Below, in pieces: positions 57,374 through 64,000 of a stretch of 64,000 nt of DNA (position 1 is the first letter of the stretch; each line of letters opens with the position of its first letter). The notes beneath the pieces were generated by a model. It was not told where the DNA came from, did no database searches, and saw nothing but the letters and a program-made list of their open reading frames with translations. This stretch comes from an uncultured Gammaproteobacteria bacterium. Lineage in GTDB: Bacteria > Patescibacteriota > Patescibacteriia > 2-01-FULL-39-33. The DNA is taken from assembly GCA_964536975.1 (NCBI GenBank), contig CAZHYS010000001.1:34329-98328 (forward strand), in the 5' to 3' direction. The position numbers and the translations under genes are program-made.

Positions 57374-58933
57374 ATGTCTTATAAAATCAGAAATAATTCA
57401 GAAACAAAAAAGGTTGTCCTGCTCATCCTTGACGGCTGGGGTTTGGGCGAGCAAAACGAAGGCAATCCGATTTATCTTGCCAAGACGCCTTTCATTGACT
57501 CGCTTTATCGCGATTATCCCTGGACAACTATTTGCGCCTCCGGCAAATGCTCCGGTTTGCCGCCGAATCAAGTCGGCAACAGTGAAGCCGGACATATCAA
57601 TCTTGGCGCGGGCCGGATAGTTGATCAGGACGTGGTTAAGATTTCCAAACAGATAAATACCGGCGAGTTTTTCAAAAATCCTGCCTTTTTGGCGGCGATA
57701 AATCACGCCCGCAAAAATAGAGCCGCCATTCATCTGATGGGGATGCTGTCTAACGGCCAGAGTCCGCATAGCGACCCCGATCATTTGCTGGCGCTACTCA
57801 CGTTATTGAGAACCAAGAGAGTAAAAGATATTTATTTGCATCTTTTTACTGACGGCCGCGATTCGCCGCCGCGTTCTTCGCTCAAATCAATGATGGCACT
57901 AGAAAGATTTTTGAAGCCAAATGAAGTCATTGCCACGGTAATAGGCCGGTTTTACGCTATGGACAGGAAGAAGTCCTGGGAGCGGACGCTGTGGGCGTAT
58001 GACGCGATGACATCCGGCCGGGGTCATGTTGGCAAAAGCCCGCAAGCCGGCATCACGCGAGCATACAACGCCAATGTGACTGATGAATTTATTGAGCCGG
58101 TCGTGATATATAAGAGAGGCAAGGCGGTGCGGCGGATAAAAGATGGCGATAGCGTGATTTTTTTCAATTTGCGGAGCGACCGCGCCAGACAGCTGGCCAA
58201 ACCGTTTGTGCAAAAAGAATTTGAAAAGAAAAATCCCGGCGCGCCCAAGCGCAAAGAAGTTTTGCAGGATGTTTCTTTTGTCGCCATGACTGATTTTGGT
58301 CCGGACTTGGACAGTATCCTGACGGCTTACCCTTCGGAGGATTTACGCAATACTTTGCCGATGTTGCTTCATGACAAACGCCAGCTTTATATCGCTGAGA
58401 GCGAAAAATACGCCCACGTCACTTTCTTTTTCAATGGCGGTTACGCTGATCCCGTGGCGGGCGAGAGGAGAGTCAAGATTCCTTCGCCGAAGGTGAAGTC
58501 TTATGATCAAACGCCGGCAATGTCTATGCCCAAAGTCGCCCAAAAACTAATTGCCAGCCTCAAAACCAGTGATTTTATCTGCGCTAACTTTGCTTGTCCG
58601 GACATGGTCGGGCATACCGGCAACATTAAAGCAGGAATAAAAACCGCCGAAGCAGTTGACAAATACGTCAAAAAAGTGGCTCAAGCTTGCATCAGAAATA
58701 AGGCTATCTTGATTATTACCGCCGATCATGGTAATCTTGAGCTTATGCTGAATATTGAAACAAACGAAATAATTACCGAGCACACGACCAATCCGGTGCC
58801 GCTAATTATTATTGATAAAAAGTTTAAAAACAAAAGGATAAAACGGGGCTATCTCGGCGATATCGCGCCGACTATTTTGGATATTTTTGATATTGCTAAA
58901 TCGGCTGAAATGACCAGAAGGAGCCTGCTTTAA
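57374..58933 (+). CDS. gpmI: 2,3-BPG-independent phosphoglycerate mutase (copy 1)
   Basis: ILDGWG, GNSEAGH, DGRD, GRFYAMDR, DMVGHTG, ADHGN. Confidence 0.95.
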   Translation: MSYKIRNNSETKKVVLLILDGWGLGEQNEGNPIYLAKTPFIDSLYRDYPWTTICASGKCSGLPPNQVGNSEAGHINLGAGRIVDQDVVKISKQINTGEFFKNPAFLAAINHARKNRAAIHLMGMLSNGQSPHSDPDHLLALLTLLRTKRVKDIYLHLFTDGRDSPPRSSLKSMMALERFLKPNEVIATVIGRFYAMDRKKSWERTLWAYDAMTSGRGHVGKSPQAGITRAYNANVTDEFIEPVVIYKRGKAVRRIKDGDSVIFFNLRSDRARQLAKPFVQKEFEKKNPGAPKRKEVLQDVSFVAMTDFGPDLDSILTAYPSEDLRNTLPMLLHDKRQLYIAESEKYAHVTFFFNGGYADPVAGERRVKIPSPKVKSYDQTPAMSMPKVAQKLIASLKTSDFICANFACPDMVGHTGNIKAGIKTAEAVDKYVKKVAQACIRNKAILIITADHGNLELMLNIETNEIITEHTTNPVPLIIIDKKFKNKRIKRGYLGDIAPTILDIFDIAKSAEMTRRSLL

Positions 58934-58936
58934 TCT

Positions 58937-60523
58937 ATGGAAAAAGAACGTCCCAAACCGGTAGTTCTCATTATTCTTGACGGCTGGGGTATTGCGCCGC
59001 CTTCCCGGAGCAATGCCATTTCTTTGGCCAAGACCCCGGCTATTGATAATCTTATCAAGACTTATCCGGCTATGACGCTTCAGGCCTCCGGTGAAGCGGT
59101 TGGTTTGTCATGGGGAGAAATGGGCAACAGCGAAGTCGGCCATTTGAATATCGGCTCCGGCCGGTTGGTTTATCAGAATTTGCCGCGGATCAATAAAGCG
59201 ATCACCGACGGCGATTTTTTTGACAACAAAAAATTTCTCGCCGCCATTGAACATGTCCGAAAAAACAGTTCCAATCTCCACCTCGTCGGATTGGTATCTT
59301 CCGGCGGAGTACATTCATCAATTGATCATTTGTACGCCTTATTTGAGTTTTGCCGCAAAGAAAAATTGAAAGACAAGGTTTTTCTCCACGCTATTTTGGA
59401 TGGCCGCGACATGCCGTATAACTCCGGCGCTGATTTCATCAAAGAAGCGGCCGCCCGACTCAATGATTTGAAAGTGGGCCGCATCGCTTCTGTTTCCGGC
59501 CGTTTCTATGCTATGGACCGAGATAATCACTGGGAGCGCATTTCTCTCGCCTACAATGCCATGGTTCGGGGAGAGGCGGAAAGCCGTTTTGCTGATCCGG
59601 TAGAAGCGGTCCGGACGTCTTATGAAAAGAAAATTTATGATGAGGAATTTGTTCCGGCCGTTATCACCGAAAACGGCCAGCCAGTCGGGCGGATTAAGTC
59701 CGGTGACGCGGTGATTTTTTTCAATTTTCGCGCTGACCGCGCCCGAGAGCTGACCAAAACTTTTGTCTTGCCCGGTTTTTCCAAATTTCCGCGGGAGTAT
59801 TTGCGGAATTTGTATTTTGTGACAATGACCGAATACGAAGATGATCTGCCGGTGGAGGCGGCCTTTCCGCCGGAAACGATTGACACGCCCTTGGCCAAGG
59901 TTATCGCCGATGCCGGTTTGACCCAGCTCCATATCGCCGAGACGGAAAAATACACCCATGTCACATTTTTTTTAAATGGCGGGACAGAGACGGCATTTGC
60001 CGGCGAGGAAAGGATCTTGGTGCCTTCTCCTCGGATAAAATCCTACGCTGAAAAGCCGGAAATGGCCGCTCGGGAAATCACTCAAAAAGTAGCCAAAGAA
60101 ATTATTGATGATAAATACGATTTTATCGCGATTAATTTTGCCAATGGCGACATGGTCAGTCACACTGGCGATCTCAAAGCGACCGTCAAAGCCTGCGAGG
60201 TGGTTGATGATAGCGTGAAAAAAATCGTGGAGGCGGTTTTGGCTCATGACGGAGTGGCGATTATTACTTCTGATCACGGCAATGCCGAGGAGTTGATCAA
60301 TATGCAGTCCGGCAATATTGACAAGGAGCATAGCACCTATCCGGTGCCGTTTATTGTGGTCGGCAAACAATGGGAAGGCCGGACTGCCGGCAGTGTGGAC
60401 AGTCCGAATTCTGATTTGAGCTTGGTCAAGCCGTCAGGCCTCCTGTCCGATATCGCGCCGACAATTCTGAAAGTCATGAATCTGCCCAAACCCGAAGAAA
60501 TGACTGGCAAAAGCTTGATCTAA
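58937..60523 (+). CDS. gpmI: 2,3-BPG-independent phosphoglycerate mutase (copy 2)
   Basis: ILDGWG, GNSEVGH, DGRD, GRFYAMDRD, AETEKY.HVT, DMVSHTG, SDHGN. Confidence 0.95.
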   Translation: MEKERPKPVVLIILDGWGIAPPSRSNAISLAKTPAIDNLIKTYPAMTLQASGEAVGLSWGEMGNSEVGHLNIGSGRLVYQNLPRINKAITDGDFFDNKKFLAAIEHVRKNSSNLHLVGLVSSGGVHSSIDHLYALFEFCRKEKLKDKVFLHAILDGRDMPYNSGADFIKEAAARLNDLKVGRIASVSGRFYAMDRDNHWERISLAYNAMVRGEAESRFADPVEAVRTSYEKKIYDEEFVPAVITENGQPVGRIKSGDAVIFFNFRADRARELTKTFVLPGFSKFPREYLRNLYFVTMTEYEDDLPVEAAFPPETIDTPLAKVIADAGLTQLHIAETEKYTHVTFFLNGGTETAFAGEERILVPSPRIKSYAEKPEMAAREITQKVAKEIIDDKYDFIAINFANGDMVSHTGDLKATVKACEVVDDSVKKIVEAVLAHDGVAIITSDHGNAEELINMQSGNIDKEHSTYPVPFIVVGKQWEGRTAGSVDSPNSDLSLVKPSGLLSDIAPTILKVMNLPKPEEMTGKSLI

Positions 60524-60609
60524 GGCCGGTTTTGGCCGATTGTCTCGGCTTTTCGCCCCCTTTCGACGGGGTTGTTTTTTTTGGGAAAAAATGTTATTTT
60601 AATTATATT

Positions 60610-62100
60610 ATGAAAAAGATTTTTTCCAGCCGAACACTTGATTTTATTCCGGCGATGACGGTTTGGCTGACCCTTGTTGGCGTAGTGATTTTGTCATTTA
60701 TCCGTCCATTATGGGCGATTTATTTTGTTATTATCTTTGTAGTTTACTGGATTACCAGATTATTTTATATGATGGTTTGGCTGTTTATTTCTTGGTTTAG
60801 ATATTACCGCGACCATCGGATAAACTGGAGCGATAAATTAAAAACTCTGCCCAAGGATTATTGCGAGTATTACCACGTCGTCACTTATCCGACTTATAAA
60901 GAGCCATATGAAGTGGTTCGTCGATCATTTCAAAAACTGGCTGAGACAGATTATCCCAAAGACCGGATGATCATCGCTTTGGGCGGCGAGGAGCGTGATC
61001 GGGATAATTTTTTGCTTGTTGCCGAAAAAATCAAAGCTGAATTTGAAGATAAATTTTTCAAATTGCTTATCACTGTTCATCCGCCGGCGCCGGACGAGCT
61101 TCCCGGCAAAGGTTCCAATGTCAATTATATGGAACGCAATCTCCAGCGGGAGCTTGACGCCCTCGGCCTGGATTATGGCAAAGTGATCGTCTCTTGTTTT
61201 GATATTGAGACCTTGCCGCACCCGCAGTATTTTTCCTATTTGACTTATAAATACCTCACTCATCCCAATCCGGAGCGGGCAAGTTATCAGCCCCTCATTC
61301 TGTACAACAATAATATTTGGGAATCAAATCCGATTATCCGTGTCGTGGCGTCATCAACGACCTTTTGGCTATTGACCGATTTGTCTCGGCCGGAGAGGTT
61401 GCTCACTTTTTCTTCGCACAGCATGAGCTTTAAGATGCTGTCCGATGTCGGCTTTCATGACAAAACGATTGTGACTGAAGATTCGCGGATCTGTTTGCAG
61501 GGTCTGGTCAAGTATGACGGCGATTACGAAGTGGTGCCGATGTTTATCACTCTTTCAATGGACACGGTTTATATCGGATCTTTTTGGAAGAGCCTGTTTG
61601 ACCAATACAAGCAGATGCGGCGCTGGGCGTGGGGCGTGGAACATTTCCCTTGGATGTGGAAGAATTTTTTCGGGGCGGAAGCCAATCGGAAGATTCCGCT
61701 CAAGAAACGGCTGTTTTATTTCTGGAATCAGTTTGAAGGGATGTATTCTTGGGCGACTGCGCCGCTTCTTATCGCCATTGTCGGCCGTCTGCCTCTATGG
61801 CTGGCGTCTGATACTGATAGGGCGACGGCGTTTTTTCAAAACGCGCCATACACTTTGGAAAATTTGATGATGGTCGGCATGGTCGGATTAATAATTAACT
61901 CAATCCTTTACACTTTTATGTTGCCGACTCGGCCGAAGGGTTATCGCTGGTATAATTATTTGATTATGATGGCGCAATGGGTGATGTTCCCCGTGACAAT
62001 GGTGATATTCGGTTCTATTCCGTCAATAGACGCCCAGACGCGGCTAATGCTCGGCGGGAAACATCGCCTCGGTTTCTGGGTGACGAATAAGAAAGCTTGA
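60610..62100 (+). CDS. Membrane-embedded processive GT2-like glycosyltransferase
   Basis: PTYKE, GKGSN, TED, QMRRW (QxxRW), flanking TM helices. Confidence 0.8.
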   Translation: MKKIFSSRTLDFIPAMTVWLTLVGVVILSFIRPLWAIYFVIIFVVYWITRLFYMMVWLFISWFRYYRDHRINWSDKLKTLPKDYCEYYHVVTYPTYKEPYEVVRRSFQKLAETDYPKDRMIIALGGEERDRDNFLLVAEKIKAEFEDKFFKLLITVHPPAPDELPGKGSNVNYMERNLQRELDALGLDYGKVIVSCFDIETLPHPQYFSYLTYKYLTHPNPERASYQPLILYNNNIWESNPIIRVVASSTTFWLLTDLSRPERLLTFSSHSMSFKMLSDVGFHDKTIVTEDSRICLQGLVKYDGDYEVVPMFITLSMDTVYIGSFWKSLFDQYKQMRRWAWGVEHFPWMWKNFFGAEANRKIPLKKRLFYFWNQFEGMYSWATAPLLIAIVGRLPLWLASDTDRATAFFQNAPYTLENLMMVGMVGLIINSILYTFMLPTRPKGYRWYNYLIMMAQWVMFPVTMVIFGSIPSIDAQTRLMLGGKHRLGFWVTNKKA

Positions 62101-62102
62101 AT

Positions 62103-62440
62103 TAATTTTCAATTTTCAATTTAAAATTTACAATAAATTTTCAATCTGCTTTCATGTTGTCATCCCGACCCCTTCGACTACGCTCAGGGTAAACTCCGTG
62201 GAGGGATCCCTCCACTCGTCCGCTTGGAGGCGTCCTCGGCCGGAATGACACAGTATCCCGAATTCCGAGTCGCTAGTCCCGGGTCCCGTTACTGGTTACT
62301 CGTCACTAATTGTCTTGCATTATTCGTATTATTAGTCCGCCTCGGGCGGATTCGTATATTAGCATCGTATTCCATTCCATTAGTATCATTAGTATAAATT
62401 AGTATATTAGCATTGTATTTAGTATATTAGCATCGTATAC
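62103..62440. repeat. Intergenic mosaic of heptamer modules and palindromes, inverted homolog of 50076-50357
   Basis: (TTTTCAA)n, GTCATCCCGA..GAATGAC element, (ATTAGTA/ATTAGCA)n. Confidence 0.8.
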
Positions 62441-62441
62441 C

Positions 62442-63476
62442 GTGAAACTACCAAAAGTCACAATTCAAATCGTCACCTGGAATAGTCTGAAATTTTTGCC
62501 GTTTTGCCTCAAAGCGATTTTCAATCAGACTTATCGCGATTTTCAGGTACTCGTGATTGATAATAATTCCCAAGACGGAACAGTTGATTTTTTGCGCCGG
62601 AATTATCCCGAGGTGACGGTTTTTCAGAACAAAAAAAATCTCGGTTTTGCCAAGGCCAACAATCAAGGCATCAAGCTGTTCAACTCGTCTTTTGTCGTGG
62701 TTTGCAATCCTGATATCGTGATGGCGGAGACTTGGCTGGAAAAAATAATGGCCCAGGCCGAAAAAAAGCAGTACGAAGAATGCGGCAGCTTCGGCGGAAC
62801 GCTATTAAAGCTCCGGGCGATTAATTCTGATTTGGGCGAATTTGAGCAAACCAGCGCCATTGATTCGCGCGGACTGGTGATTTTCAAAAGCCATCGCATC
62901 GCCGAGATCGGCGCTGGCCAAAAAGATGACAAGATTGGCGATAGCGAGGTATTCGGCCACTCCGGCGCGCTAGTGATGTATCGGCGCTCGGCGCTGGAAG
63001 ATTGCCTCTACCGATCCAAAAGAAATCCGACCGGCGAATATTTTGACGAAGATTTTTTCTTTTACAAAGAAGACGCGGATTTGGCTTGGCGGCTTCGTTT
63101 GGCCGGCTTCAAGTCGCTGTTTGTCGCCGGCGCCCGCGCTTATCATATCCGTTCTTTGGCGGAAAACAACGCCAAGACAACAGGGGAGATTGTCAAAAAC
63201 CGGCGCCAGCAGTCGGCCCTGGCTCGCCGGCACTCCTATCGCAATCATTTGTTTGTCTTGATAAAGAACGAATCTTGGAAAAATTTATTGAGATATTTCC
63301 CGTTTATTTTTTTCTATGAATTAAAAAAAATAATTTATATCCTGATTTTTGAGTGGACCACTTTGCCGGCGATAGGCGATTTTTTCCGCCTGCTGCCGCG
63401 GATGCTTAAAAAACGCCGGAACAATCTGAAGCAGGCGCGAGTCAGTCCGCAAGAAATCAGAAAATGGATAAAATAA
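62442..63476 (+). CDS. GT2 glycosyltransferase
   Basis: IVTWN, IDNNSQD, NLGFAKANN, NPD, FFYKEDADLAWR. Confidence 0.9.
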   Translation: MKLPKVTIQIVTWNSLKFLPFCLKAIFNQTYRDFQVLVIDNNSQDGTVDFLRRNYPEVTVFQNKKNLGFAKANNQGIKLFNSSFVVVCNPDIVMAETWLEKIMAQAEKKQYEECGSFGGTLLKLRAINSDLGEFEQTSAIDSRGLVIFKSHRIAEIGAGQKDDKIGDSEVFGHSGALVMYRRSALEDCLYRSKRNPTGEYFDEDFFFYKEDADLAWRLRLAGFKSLFVAGARAYHIRSLAENNAKTTGEIVKNRRQQSALARRHSYRNHLFVLIKNESWKNLLRYFPFIFFYELKKIIYILIFEWTTLPAIGDFFRLLPRMLKKRRNNLKQARVSPQEIRKWIK

Positions 63477-63552
63477 AAGCAAGCCGTTCCATTCTTCCCT
63501 CTCCTTGTCTGAAGGAGGGGGTAGGGGGAGGTCCAAGGGAATTAAATAATTT

Positions 63553-64000
63553 ATGGAAATTTCAATTATTATCAATAATTACAAAACCAGAGGACTACTC
63601 AAGCAGTGTTTGAAGGGGATTTATCTTTATCCGCCAAAAGTTGGGTTTGAAGTAATAGTGGTGGACAATAATTCCGGCGATGGCAGCGCGGAGATGGTCA
63701 AAGAAAAGTTTCCCCAAGTGAAGCTGATAGAAGCCAAGGCCAATCTCGGCCATCACAAAGGCAACAATCTCGGCATCAGGAATTCCTCGGGAAAATATAT
63801 TTTGATTTTGAATACTGACATCGCCATTTTGGATCATTCTATTGATCGGATTTATGATTTCATGGAAGCTAATCCTGAAGCGGCCTTGGTCGGTCCCAAA
63901 CTCAAAAATCCCGATGGCTCCATCCAGATGTCATGCCTAAGGTTTCCTGGCAAATTCGTGCCTATTTACCGCCGGACATTGCTCGGCCGTCTGCCCTTTG
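63553..64000 (+). CDS. GT2 glycosyltransferase (truncated by the window end)
   Basis: MEISIIINNY, VVDNNSGDGS, NLG..KGNN.G, ILNTD, GPKLKNPDGSIQ. Confidence 0.88.
   Translation, partial: MEISIIINNYKTRGLLKQCLKGIYLYPPKVGFEVIVVDNNSGDGSAEMVKEKFPQVKLIEAKANLGHHKGNNLGIRNSSGKYILILNTDIAILDHSIDRIYDFMEANPEAALVGPKLKNPDGSIQMSCLRFPGKFVPIYRRTLLGRLPF

Overview
A 64-kb bacterial chromosomal window, probably from a Patescibacteria/CPR (Parcubacteria-like) genome. This is inferred from the dense glycosyltransferases, core genes without Shine-Dalgarno motifs, tandem gpmI and a group 3b-like hydrogenase. Four blocks are visible. (1) 1-29.2 kb: a surface-glycan locus with CotH-VTC-DUF4956, many GT2/GT4 genes, a flippase, a priming transferase and a decoration toolkit (deacetylases, carbamoyltransferase, sulfotransferase with CysD/CysNC, methyltransferases, B12 radical SAM). 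(2) 29.3-44.5 kb: glnA, rmuC and an accessory patch of SD-led orphans, a pseudo-receiver protein, a PEP-CTERM protein, an MFS with a putative leader peptide, and an ankyrin protein. (3) 44.9-52.7 kb: a four-subunit group 3b-like [NiFe]-hydrogenase locus with unusual maturation genes, namely a HypC fused to a HydE-family radical SAM enzyme, a HypA without its zinc finger, and a large subunit with no cleavable C-terminal tail. Two four-helix-bundle genes are interleaved. (4) 52.9-64 kb: pgk, eno, two gpmI and more GT2 genes. Intergenic DNA from 44.5 to 62.4 kb is a mosaic of 7-bp-periodic modules and REP-like palindromes. Several modules have near-perfect inverted partners kilobases away, and some repeats sit in frame inside proteins. 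I saw no rRNA, tRNA, CRISPR array, transposase or reverse transcriptase. All calls come from reading motifs by eye, with no database search.
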